This document shows, piece after piece, positions 12,100 through 25,551 of a DNA stretch of 64,000 nt (the first letter of the stretch is position 1; each line of letters begins with the position of its first letter). A program made the translations under genes and the position numbers. The notes under the pieces were generated by a model, which searched no databases, was not told the DNA's origin, and saw nothing but the letters and a program-made list of their open reading frames with translations. This DNA is from Bugula neritina. Lineage: Eukaryota; Animalia; Bryozoa. The stretch is taken from the NCBI GenBank assembly GCA_964035545.1, contig OZ037766.1:15862722-15926721 (forward strand), written 5' to 3'.

Positions 12100-13505
12100 T
12101 TTGTCAGCGCTGCTACTGCTGATGTTATTACTAGGACTACTGGGGACATCTCACTATTCCAAAGGCTTGATAGTATGCCTACACCGCGAGTAGCACAAAT
12201 GTCTATCATATATAGCAAATGCAATGCTATTAGTATAACTATTAGCACTACTACTAGTTGTAGCAGTATATTTACTTTTAGTTTTATTAGTAGTATTACT
12301 ACATGTCAAACTTTATGTTGCACTAAAATAAAGTGAAGAATTAGAATAACAGAACCTTTTAGAAATTTGCATAATAAGTTGCCTGACTATATGAAATATA
12401 GCTAAGCAACTCAACTAAAATCTGTGAATCCAAACTTGAGTTTAGTAAAAATCTACATTCACACCTAAAACTAACAACAATTACGATATAGTAATTACTA
12501 TTGATATATATGTACGAACAGTAAAACCTATATACATTTTTATACTGTCATAATCATGATCATATAAATGAAATTGAATAACCAATTGCTGGTTTGGTCT
12601 TACTTTTAATTTTTTTTATTTATAAACTCATACCAGTGTATTGGTATAGTGATACCAATACTTATAGTAACAGTCATACTCATTGTGATACTGATAGTGA
12701 TATACAAAGGCAGTAACTTATACTTATAGATAAACTGTAAGTGTATTTACCATCATCATGTTGTTTGGTTTGGGTTGCAGGTTGAGGTCCAAAACATTAA
12801 GAGTATATTTCAATTATAAAAACTGAGAGCAATTGCCAGATAGAAACAGGAACATCTTAAAAAAAGTTTTTTAAAATCTAAATTCATACTCTCATAGCGA
12901 TGGTCATGAACATGAGAGTTGAGACTGAGTATACTAATCTCAAAGTCAGTGTGCGGGTCACTGTGACTGTCAGTGTCAAACTCAAAATAAAAATCAAATT
13001 TAATCTGAATGTTAAACTGAAAATAAATGTCATGCCTTCACTTTCTCTACCTGTTCAGACTTCCATGTGAGTGAAAAAGTAACATTAACAGTAAAAGTAA
13101 ATGTAACTGTAACTCACTAACTCACCACGAGTGCAAGTTTTCTGTTAGAGTAAATTAGTGTTATGAATTAATAATTACTATAACTATTAGTATTAGTAAT
13201 AGTTATACTAATAGTAATACTTATAAAATAAGTTATAACTATCAGTATTACTATTACTATTACTATTAGTATTACTATTAGTATTACTATTAGTTAATAT
13301 TAATGTTATTGGCTCATTCATATTGTTTATCACTAAAAGTAAATATTATACTTGTAGTAATATTTATACTTTAACTAATACTTATAAAATAAGTTATAAC
13401 ATTACCTTATGGCTTATAACTTATAAGTTATACTTATAAAGTTATACTTGTACTTATACTAATACTTATACTTAAAGTTAAAGTTATACTTATACTTATA
13501 GCCTA
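12100..13505. repeat. Degenerate 6-bp-periodic low-complexity tract
   Basis: Runs such as ACTGTG ACTGTC AGTGTC AAACTC and ATACTT GTACTT ATACTA ATACTT ATACTT AAAGTT AAAGTT ATACTT. Confidence 0.85.
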
Positions 13506-15009
13506 TAGGATATTTTCTTCATTAGAATAAAAAATATATCACTATTATTCAAATGATCATACCATGCCTAAAAGTTTTGCTTTTATTAAAATAATGAGCA
13601 AACTAATCGTTCACATTGATGTTTTAATTTCAGTTATAAGCGAGATATCTTCCTTCAAATTCTATTGTCGTCATTGCCACAGTGAGCGCAGTTACTTAAC
13701 AGGAAATATGTCTTTAAAAATAAGAGGTCGCAAATGGAATCGTAAACTGTCAGCCAATAGGGTGATAATCGCCGGTAAATAGATAGTAGATTCTAGGAAA
13801 TGTTAACTACACAAAACGTAGATTCAGATAGGCATAATGAAACTTATGCTAAAAGCATAGTTGTCATCATAATGAAGCTTGCACAGCATAATTTGTCTTG
13901 TCAAAAAAACATTGATGTATGATTGGTTGGAGCCTATAAGCAGTATCAGCAAATCTGTTAAGGATGGCCTGCAACAGGAGTTTAAAGAACAGTTTAACCC
14001 TAAGAACGGAAGAAGAAGCAATCCTGATTAAATGTCTGTTGCAACTTAACCATGGTGGTTGAATATCCTTGTAGGATTTGAAACACTATGACGATGCTGT
14101 TATTATAATTGCTATTAAATAATTTTCAGTATGGCTTAGTGTGTGTACATTAACATAATTTACTTACTGTATATAATAGTTACATTTTTGATATGCATTA
14201 AATGTGTTTGTTTAAACTTTAGATTTCGGTGCAGCAAAAAACAAATTTTAAAAAGCCTGTTTCCCCATATTAAAAATGTAACCAAATAATGTTGTATTTT
14301 ACCAAATTATACATTGTAATATAAGCATTATATAATGTCATTATATAGGACACTGTTATTTTATTAAAGGTAAGAGAGATTTATGCCATGCAGGATATTT
14401 TCTGGGTGATATCATCGCAGATATACTGCAGTTGATAAGAATCTCAAAGAGTCAGCACTGCTATCCTTATGTGTTGATAACTATGCCTTGATGTCTGCAT
14501 ACTTTTTTAAAAGCTGATGCTTAGAATAAAAAGGTTTCTTTTAGGATTATAATCAGTTTTATCAACAATTTTTTGAAAAATCTCAATTTGTTCTATATTA
14601 GTGGTTCACATTCTTTTATATCACCAAAATAGTTTTATGAGAGTCAGGTTGTAATAATAACTACGTGTATACAAAACATAACTCCAATGATAAGCCAAGC
14701 AGGAGACATTTTGAAATTATCTGCTATAAAAATACATGCTGCTATCTGCAAGCAACACTTGACACAATTATGAATTTTAGCTGAAAGGTTCATTCACATA
14801 ACTACCACAACTTGAAGTTGTTTTGAGCTTATATTTGTTTAGATACCATAACACCTAAATAAAGTATGAAAAACCTTACTTCCTTTCGAGTGAAAATTAT
14901 AGCTACATAGCTCGAAGGTCTTTTACTCTCTATAATACCACACTGGTTTGTGGACCATTGAAAGTATGATAGGCCTACACTACAATTCCAAGCTTCTCAT
15001 TATTTAAAT

Positions 15010-15348
15010 CAGGGGTGTCCAACCTTTTCAGACCGAGGGCCACTGAAAGGGAATGTTTCATGGCAAGGGCCACATTGCAAGCTTCAGCTTGAGCTGGGGG
15101 CCACAGCATCAGTATTTTTTAAATTATTTTATTCCAAATTCTCATGGAACATTACACAATAAGGTCCAAATAGTTACTGCAGGCTGCATGTTTTGTAGCA
15201 TGTATAGAAATAAGATGTTTAAAAGGTGTTTTTCACTCTAATTCATGTATGCATGTGAAAACTAATTGTAGCTTTATGCCTTGGAGGGCCACATATATGT
15301 GGGCTGGAGGCCACATCCGGCCCTGGGGCCGCCTGTTGGACAACCCTG
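15010..15348. mobile_element. hAT (Charlie-like) MITE
   Basis: TIRs CAGGGGTGTCCAAC / GTTGGACAACCCTG; perfect 8-bp TSD ATTTAAAT (15002-15009 and 15349-15356); second copy at 58572-58901. Confidence 0.92.
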
Positions 15349-17572
15349 ATTTAAATGGATTTTTCCTTCTACGTTTGTTAGCAGTTGCATTGACTGAAAC
15401 CACAACCATAAGTTCATGCAAACTGCAACCACAAATCCGTTTGAATAATGCTACGTCTTGGAAACGAAGTGATATATACCATGAGAAAACAGTGTTTAAA
15501 TTTATGATGAAGTTGTGTTGTAGTTTTGTGCATTACTCAGTTTAGTATTATTGTATTACGAGTTGTTGCTGCATGTTCTATTATGAGGTTACGAGAGAGA
15601 AACCGAAATAGTTGACATTTGTAAAAGAACTGTATTGTAATTCTAATTATGCACGAATAAAGTCATCAATAACCATGAACGAATAGATATACATAAACAG
15701 CTAGACAATGTTATCCTGGTCTATTCGATAGTTCTCCTCAGAGTGAGGCTGGGCGCTAGAAGGCGCTGTTTATATTCGGTAGGTTGATGTTGATTGGCCA
15801 GCAGAAGGTTCCGGCGGTAACACAGTGCATATAGAGGCGCGGTACCGCATATAACTGCGGTATCACTAACGGAGTTGTGTTCTCTTAATTTAATACTTCA
15901 TAATATAATATAATACATTGTAACTGTTCTGCTGCAAGTGCTTAGGCAAGGGGGTACGGTGTCATACTCGCCTCGACTACTGCAGTTAGTTAGGTACTTC
16001 CAGCAGATAAGCATGCAGATAAATTAAATAGTATCATTGTTTTATATTGTATATTGTTTCATTTGTTCACGTAAGTATTTTATATCTGTTAGCTGTTTTA
16101 TTAATAAACAAATTCACTAATTGATAAAAGAAAACTTGGCATAAAATCTAGATCTAATCTAGAATCAACATCATCTCAACAAGCTTGTAATTGTTCTGTA
16201 ATGAGTTTTGCATTTGCTACCTCATGCAATTTGAATGCTATGACATTGTGAAGACTAAACTGGTGATAGTAACATTTATTTTTTAATAAACTAGAATGCA
16301 CTGAAACTAGAAAGACAAATATTATATTTATACACACACGTTATATTGGCATTAGAGACAGTTAAATTCAGAGCTGCTTTAAAACTTATAGATAACTACT
16401 GAACTCTAGCAGTTGAATTTATGATATTATATTAACAGCAAAGGTTTGAAGATACCGAATCATGGTGGAATAGGATATTGTGGTATGCATTATATGCTAT
16501 TGTGAGTTGAATTTAATAAATATAGTATCACATTTTACAACTTCTAAGCTGTCACTTACACAGCAAATATGAAACAGCTGACTGCGAATTGTGTTTTTAA
16601 TTATGGGCTATTATGAGCTATGGTAAGTGTCTAAGTTACTACACTACTGCTCTCTGGTATGTGTACATGTTTAGTATTTACTACTTGATAGTTCTGAGTT
16701 AAATAACTAGGATATTATTATAATAGGAGTTTCATAGTATTCATGTATGTAACTATTATATAATCTACTACACATGCATACATGTATGTACATAAAATGT
16801 ATTAATACATTATATAATATTAATAATTTTATGTAGTCTATATAGTTTAACCATCAAAGTACAAAAAATACTCAGTAGACAAAATAAATATTTTTATTGC
16901 ATATAATACTTAATTAAATTTAGTTATGTTATTTGTTAATAAAACCTTATAGCACTGTAGAGAGTATGGATGCAATATTTTTCAATCTGAAGTCACAAAC
17001 TCTTGTGCTAAGGTTTTTATAAAATATATTTAGTACTTATAAACACAGTCATTTATGACATACTATATACTAAATAAAATGCCATTACTAAGATTATCTA
17101 ATATATTTTAAAATATCACGCTGACATTTTTATGTGTAAATGATTGCATGCACAATAATATAGTTTGTGATATATACATAATATTAAATTATATGTACTA
17201 TAATTTCACACGTTTCAAACTACATACAGCGTAATATAAATACCATATACCTTTGAAAATGTCAATCCAAACATTTCAGTAAAAAGAACATGTTGAATCA
17301 AAATACTAGAGCTTAGGACTGTAATTACACTAGTGATTACATAGGAGACAAGCTAAAATAATAAAAAATGCTCAATAAATTTATTTACATAAAAAATAAA
17401 ACTTGATTAATTTTAAGTATGCATAGGTAAATAGGTAAATGCAGCCAACAAGTTTAAGTACTATAGTACATCTTAAAGATATTTCAAGTCACCCAGATAC
17501 ATTTTAATAATATAAATATTATTTTTTATTTAGGTAAAAGGCTGCAAATAATATGCTTAATAAAAAATTGTA

Positions 17573-18097
17573 AGAATCTCTGATAAAAATGGTTTTTGTT
17601 AAATTGGGCTAAGGACTTTTTCATATGTAATACATGCAGGAGCAATTATGACTGGATGTTTTTTAACATCACCAATGGCCTTAAGCCTAGGGCCACACGG
17701 TGCGTATTTTCGCATGCGAAAATTGAAATCACAAGTAGCCAAGGTGTCCACTGTGCGCGTTGAGAAAACATTCGCACTTGTCGCTCTGCATTTTCAACGC
17801 AAGTGCGAATCGTCTCTGTTGTCGTCACCTAATTGGCTGGTAGTTATTCAGGGAGCCCAATTTCTTTATTTTAGTGCTACATTCCAGTAAATTGCGTTTT
17901 ATTGAAAGCGAGTGCAATTTAAAAATGAAAGCTTTATTTATCACGCATCACTGACGCTACAGTGGACACCTTTGCTACTTGTGATTTCAACTTTCGCATG
18001 CGAAAATACGCACCTTGTGGCCCTAGGCTAACTGGCATTTACCCATTACTTAGGTTTACTAAACCAGTGCTTTAACCCCTAGACCATGTTGCTTCCT
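17573..18097 (-). mobile_element. tRNA-derived SINE (family A) split by a Harbinger MITE
   Basis: The reverse complements of 18032-18097 and 17573-17684 join into the same sequence as the SINE copies at 42620-42810 and 61228-61434. Confidence 0.8.
17685..18028. mobile_element. PIF/Harbinger MITE with long TIRs
   Basis: ~70-bp TIRs starting GCCTAGGGCCACACGGTGCGTATTTTCGCATGCGAAA; TAA TSD at 17682-17684 and 18029-18031. Confidence 0.92.
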
Positions 18098-18470
18098 AAA
18101 TATTATGCTTAATAGGGGGGGGGGGGGTTTATTATGCTTAATATAGGGAGATTAAATTTTATCTAAAGAATCAGAAAAACAGTTAAACGAAAAATTACAA
18201 AAACAATCTACTAAGCTGGCAAAAGAAATTAATTGACAAAAGATTTGAAGAAAAATTTAGGTAGCTTATATTTCAATAAAAACATAAACTATTTTTGCAG
18301 GGCTACAAAAGCCTTTCCCAATTTTCAAATTTCAGTTTCACATATAAAATTAGTTGTTAAAAATAAAACATAGTAATAATAAACATGTTTTTATATTGCT
18401 TATAATTCGTTATTAATTTCAGTAAAGCTAGCCTTGTATGATTTGATTTATAACTTGTGAAAAAAACTTT

Positions 18471-18725
18471 GCCCACACTGGGATTCAAACCCAAGACCTC
18501 TTGCTTGCAAGCAAGTGTGCTAGCCATTACACCACTGGGACCACTGACCTCTCTTCTACTCCTTCAGTCTTTGGGCTCCCCTGGCCACTCAATTCCTTGG
18601 AGTACTACTGCACTCCACTAAAGGTCGAAATAGCTTGTAGAACAGTTGCCCAGGCCCACCTCGATTCGAACCCACAGACCTCCAGCTTTCCAGCAGGCGC
18701 GCTAACCAATTACACCACAGGGGCT
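18471..18725 (-). mobile_element. Two tandem tRNA(Ala-like)-derived heads (SINE family B or pseudo-tRNAs)
   Basis: Minus strand: GTGGTGTAATTGGTTAGCGCG...GGTTCGAATC (18654-18724) and GTGGTGTAATGGCTAGCAC.CTTGCTTGCAAGCAAG..GGTTTGAATCCC (18471-18540). A and B boxes present; acceptor stems do not pair. Confidence 0.7.
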
Positions 18726-20602
18726 GCTGGATAAACTCAACACTACATAACTCTTTATGCAAAAATCATTCAAATAATACAGATAGTATTGCTATTACTA
18801 AATATAAAACCCACATTAAAATGTTCTGCCCAACGTTTTGCAATACAACTTTCTTGCACATCTAGAGCAGGCAAATTTCGCTAATTTTCTTGTAAAGCAT
18901 AGGTACTAAATTGGTTTGAAAGCTAAATTGTTTTTATTATAGTTCATTGTTATTTGTTTCAAAGCTAATAATAGATTTAAATTATTTAAAATGCTACCAC
19001 CGTCTACAATTTAAATTGGCCAACGCAGTAAAACCAAAATAAAAATTAAGGCAACCATGGCTTTAAATTTATTACACTCCACTTTCGTATTCACATTTAC
19101 ACATCCCATTAACCAAACTATTAGTTGTCTTGATGTTATTTCTTATTTTCATATATATGCTCATGGTTGGTGAGTTTTGTCTGTTTTGTTTAAAACTTGA
19201 TAGTTTTATTAGCAACACAAGCCTAGAAAATACTGTTTCCCAAAGAAGATAACTCTGTTTATTCTAATAATCTAATCAGTCCTATTTTAATACCTTTAAT
19301 AATGCTTCTTATCTTGGCTTTACCTTATATTCATAAACAGCAAGACACTCACGTGTGCTATTTTTAAAATGTATAAATATAGCATTTGTCGAAATTGTTG
19401 TTGATTTTAAATAAGTTTGTTTATTAAGAGAAATAGCGTAATAACCCAGCACTGAGCAGTTGCAGATTGTATCTTATTATTACAATGTAGCAGTCATCAG
19501 GTTTACTGCAAAACAGTGTTATTATCGTGGTGAGCGATGGGTTGAACCAATATGTTATACTTCTACCCAATTGGAAAGCTTTTAAAATAAGGCTTAATGT
19601 TACTGATAACATTGGTTCTTTAAGCATGCTGGTTACCACTTTGTCATCAACTATAAAAGGTATTTACAAATCTGTTTGAACTGCTGATAGTAGGAATAGA
19701 TACTTGATAAGATAGGGCAATCATTGTATAGAAATTAACTTACTTAGCAGGCTGCTGTAAGAGATAACTCAGTTTAGTGTAGGCAATTTAAGCTCTAAAG
19801 AGGGACTACCTAAAATCTACAAGTAGCTGTAGATTGGAGTGGTAAGACTTGTTCAATTTAATTTAATAGTGTGCAGCATGTGGTTCCGGTAATTGTTGCA
19901 TGTATGCTTAGTGTTGCATGTGTATAATTTTCTTAGCACAAACATTATTCCCACGATATAGTTTACAGCAGGAGCTGAGATGTTCTGGTCCACACATGTT
20001 AGGATTTCTTGCTGAAGTCTTGTTAACTGTTGCATGAAATTTCAGTCTAGTGAATTTGAACATCAAGCTAACAAAAAGTTTGCATTGTCCCATGATTACT
20101 GTTGAAATGAAGTTGATGGAAGAAAACATTATTATGAATTTATCCTCATTTTGAATTTAATAATTGAATGTTGCTTCAATGTTCAAGTTATATTACAAAA
20201 TGTATAGCATTTTATTAGGTTTATAATTGGTTTTGGGTTGCTCTAGCTATAATTATTATTCCAACATTTGAGCAAATTATTGAATAGCAAGAAAATTGTT
20301 TCGATGAATGAACGTATTTCTGCAGTGCAATTTTAGCGTAAACTTAAGGTGATGTTTATTTTAATTGCTAATATGTTTAGATGACAACATCATTTTAATA
20401 TTAGAAAATTTTGATAAGATTTCTTCAATGTGTAAAGCTAAAGATAATAATACACAAGTTTTGTAACATATTATTTTTAGTTTAAACAGTATGATAGCAA
20501 ATGTTGAGACGTTACCAAGGTCCCAGCCTCTTAGTTAAACACTTATTTGGTACGTGATGATTTGTTAGCTTGTAGATTACTATAAACAGATACATATTCA
20601 AA

Positions 20603-23600
20603 ATGGCCGAATCCAGAGAAAAATTCGAAATGGAGGAGTCAGTAGATAATCTTTCTCAGCAGACGCCTCAAAGATCTCTTTTTTACAAGTTACTAAAGAC
20701 ATTCTGTATTATTCTTGTTTGGCTGTGCATCGTAAGTTTAACAAGTGTTTTCAACTACACATGTTTTTGCTAATAATTTTGTATTCTAAATTGAATATAG
20801 CGCAAAGATAGCTCAATCTGATTTTTGGAATCAACTATATTTTGATTTAATACTACACTGTGTTTATTTTACGGGATAGTTATTATAAAAATGATATAGC
20901 ATATAGTGCTTTGAAATTTTTTTCATGAAAACTAGGCAAATAGCTATGTCAAAACACAAGTCAATGAGCATAACAGTCTTGACATATTGTTGTGACTCAA
21001 TAGCTTGTTGTCTACATTTATGAAAATACGTATTGTGTTTATAAACAGGGTTTTTGGTCAGAAGTGAATGGAGCAACATTTCAAGATTTGATGTTTTTAA
21101 CAAGCTCAAACTATGAAACACTATCACGGGCTATATCAATGAGAGGTGCTGGAGGTCTCTGTGGATGTCTGTTAGGTAATATAAGATTTAACACATGTGT
21201 CTTGGTGTCATTTCATCATAGCTGTCTAACAGATCATGCATCTGCGTGACAGGTGATATTAATTCTTGTTGTAATACAAGCCCTGTGCTTAAAAATAATA
21301 TCATAATCATAATTTAGTCATGTGTTTAACTATTAGAAATTGATTTGACCAGTACAAGCAGAATTTATAATTACACTAATATGGCAACATATATGCAATA
21401 AAAATTTTCTTCTTCCAATCAATGCACATAAAGAGAAAATTATAAAGCTGGAATTTGAGTGGTGAAATTATAGGGCTGCTGTATTTACAAAAAACCTGAT
21501 AGTTGAGTTGTTGCAGTTGTTGCAGCATTATTGGCTGGCTTACTCAGAAATCACTTTATAGAATTTAATACCACGTCTTTAAAATTTATTTCATATGGTA
21601 TGAAAATTAATGGTAGGGTAGTTTAACTGCAGTTTATTGATATATACATGTGTATGCGTAACCGATTTAAAAGTAGGTAGTTAGGAGATTTAGTGATTGC
21701 ATTATCAAACATTTCATGGTTTTACTTCTGATAGGCCAACACTAAATACAAATTAGGCTCAGCCACATAAAGAAGTGGTAATTATTGTGCATGACAAATT
21801 AAGAATCTGTGCCACTTTCACATGTATTCTGTTGGTAAAATGCATGGGCATGTGTACATGTTGTAAACTATTAGAAAATAAGAACAACTCCGAGTTTAAT
21901 ATATGATTTTTACAATGAATAGATTTTCTGGCTTACTTTACACTCAATAATTTCTAAACTTGTGCATTTATATTATAGACTAGCCCAATGACGAAAAATG
22001 TGTTGAAGTAACTTATTTTATTTATTCAGTTTACAGTTATTACAGAATTTTTGTTTTGAAACTTATTCAAGTTCTCAATACGGAGTTATATTCATTTTCT
22101 ATATCAGTTAAGGCTCTTACATGCTGTTTGATTATGTCTTGTTTCTTCTGAACAACAACCATTTCCTTTCAGAGTAGAACTGTTTATCTTGACCTTATTT
22201 CAAGATTGTAAACATCAGGCTTATAGGCAGCTTCTTTAACCTCAACCATAAAGAATTGCATAGTGCATGTTTTTAATATATATAGTATTACCCATGACGA
22301 CTAGAATGAGAGTTGAAGTTTAATATTTATCTATATAACAGCAAAATGTATTGATAAGTGTGATAAGTGAACAGATCATTTGGTTAACAATTTAGTTGTT
22401 TGTATGTTAAAGCTAATAAAAGATGATTTAGTGATATTTCATATTCAATAGTTGATGTTATTCCAAACTGCATTTATTTATTCTTTCAGCTATATTTTTT
22501 CCTTAAACAGTTTTATGGCCAGATCTATAGCGTTTGAAGTTGTGTAGTGTTGAGATTACCCAGTAGTTTCCGTGGTGTAATAATTAGCGCACCTGCTTGC
22601 AAGCTGGAGGTCTTATTGGGTTGGAATGCCAGTGAGGGAAAAGTTTTATAGGTTGCTATATAATTTATAATTCACTTTACTCACTTTATGATATAAATAA
22701 GTAAAGCTTGCCCAATATAAGGAATGCAGCTGTACGAGTGTAGTTGCTTTAATTTAGAAGCATTTTCTTTAGACCTTTCTACAGTTAGCGGAGGCTCTAA
22801 GGCCATTGAAATTTGAACCAGTTTTTTTATTATTTAAATTTATTTGATAAAAATTCCTTTCAATATTAAATTTTTGAAATATCAAATGACATTCGTTTGT
22901 TGTCAGCTTTCAATACGAAAGACGTTGTTAGTAGTATACCATAAGCTGTAATAAAGCATTGCTGAACTATCAAGCTTAAACTACACTGTCGCAGTTAATG
23001 CACCTACTTGTTATATCACTGATGTGTACAATATTGCTTGCAGCGTGAGGGAATACTTCATGAAATTTATTTCTAAATTTTATTAAAGCTTAACAAGGAA
23101 CAATATATTTTTTCTCTCTGTAGCCTTATCATAAACCGGATGGTTGCTAGTATAAACCAGCTATTGCGTTGCTAGGCTGATGTCATAATCACTTAATATA
23201 TAAGGTTAGGAATAACCTCAACCATTAATTACCATTAAATGATTATTATTAGTGTTAACATACAAACAATGAACTATTGTTGATCAAATAATCTATTCAC
23301 TTATCATATTTATTAATACATTTTACTGTTACATAGATAAATATTAAAATTCAACCCTGATCATTCTAGTCTTCGGGAGTGACCAAAATATAGAAACGTG
23401 CATTATGCAATTCTTTATGATTGAGACTAAAGAAAATTCTGTCTATAAGCCTGTTGTTTACAAGCTGGAAATAAGGTTAAGGTGAAAGGCTTCACTCCGA
23501 AAGGCAAAATATTGCTGTTCAGAAGAAACAGAACAATTATCAAACAGCATGTAAGAGCCTTAGCTGATATAGAAAGTGAATATAACTCCGTATTGAGAAC

Positions 23601-25459
23601 TTGAATAAGTTTCAAAACAAAAATTCTGTAATAACTGTAAACTGAATAAATAACTCCCTATAGCTGATATATAAAGAGAATGCAATTTCGCATTGAGAAC
23701 TCAAATAGCTAGGCCTATAATAAAGTTGCAGAACAAAAATATTGTAATGATATATAAACTGGGTAGAAAAAAAGTTTGAAATTCTTTAGTCACTGAACTG
23801 TTCTATAGTATAAATGCACGAGTTTAAAAGTCATTGCATGTGAAATAAGTAATCTATTTTAGTATCTCTTTATTGTAAAAATAATATATACTAAACTTGG
23901 AGTTGTTCTCATTTCCTATTAGTTTGCCACTGTACATGTGCCCCTGTATTTTAAATATATGAGAAAATTCCCCAGAAAGCCTAATTCTCTACACAAAAGC
24001 TACTGCTTCGTGTGTCAAAGAATTAACAGCTTAAATGATTGCGCTGAGTGCATTGTATTAAGAAAACTAATGAGAAGGGGTTACAACTCCTAATTAGAAT
24101 AAGAAAGTTTTCTAATGCTTTTAGTTATTCCATCTACGTAGCTTACATATTTTGAAACAAATTAATTAGTCATCTGCTGATGTAACATGTATTATGGCAT
24201 TTTATTCCAGTTATTTGCTAAAATCACAAAGTTTTAAGTTGGTAACATATTGTACTTCAAATTTTCAATATGCTTTTACGTGCAGTAGAAACATTTCATG
24301 CAACAGCGTTTGATTTTAAATACATAATATTATATTCAATATAATATGCTATAATAAAAATTACATCATTCATACTACCAAGTCAAAAAATTTGATCAGT
24401 ACGTATAGCTGTTTTACAAATATGGTTAGCTGAAAAATGTTTAATCCAATTAATAAATTAGCCAAATTTGTGCAATTTACCACTCAACCATTGCATTTTC
24501 TATCTTGTATAATTGCATTTTTATTATACTGCAGTTTAAATATTCCTGCAGCCTAATTACATAATTAATCGCTCATAGTAAGCTCTGTGCTTTACATTGC
24601 AGAATGTATATTGTTGCATTTCATGATTCTTCCTGTTGAAATTTGAAACATCTTTGCAACTTGAAGTTAATAACTAAATCCTAAGCAAAGGCTGACCTGT
24701 GGAATAATGAATTTTAGCTATTTTAAAAATAATTATATGGCAATTGCATTTTTTAGGTGGTGGATATATTGTGGACAGATTTCACACCAAGGTGGAATTG
24801 ATATTGGCCGTGTCATTGGTAATATGTGCCTCTCTAAACACAGCTGTGCCTTACTGTCCGTATATTGAAGGACTATTTGCTATCTATATTTTGGAAGGTT
24901 GGGCAGAGGCACTAATCAACATTGGTAAACTCTTTAACATTTATACTAATAAAAATAATATTTGTAATAATAAGGCTTTTAAAATATATTGTAGGCTGTG
25001 GGTATTACCAAATTGTTGGAAGAAAAATTTGGTGGAAATTTCAATTTTTTCTGCATATGTGTTGAATTAGTATTTCTGTACGTGAAACAACAAGCCATTA
25101 AGCCTAATGCAACTGTTTTCAAAATACACAAAACGTATTTTTCAAATTTTCAAAGCTGTGCATACTATCTTCTAAAAACCCACCAACAATTTTAATCAGC
25201 TTAGCATATGACTTTAATGATGAATAGTGCAAGTAGAACCATGTGAAAAGTGATAGTTGGCTTTTAATAAGCTTTGTCATCTAACATATATGAAGTATAG
25301 CAATAAGTTGTTAAATATAAATTTGCATACATTTGATATTAAATGAGCAAATTTTATAGTATGCATATGTTCATGCTATCAAACTATGCTAAATTAGATT
25401 AATAATATATAAAACTCTTGTATATTTCAGTGCGGTTATGCATTTCATATTTTAAAAGG

Positions 25460-25551
<92 letters not shown>

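Noticed and set aside
15709-15917. Solo LTR (TG...CA)
   Set aside because: No matching target-site duplication and no second copy in the window.
18471-18540. Possible functional tRNA-Ala(TGC)
   Set aside because: The acceptor stem does not pair and the anticodon loop is irregular; related decayed copies point to a SINE or pseudogene.
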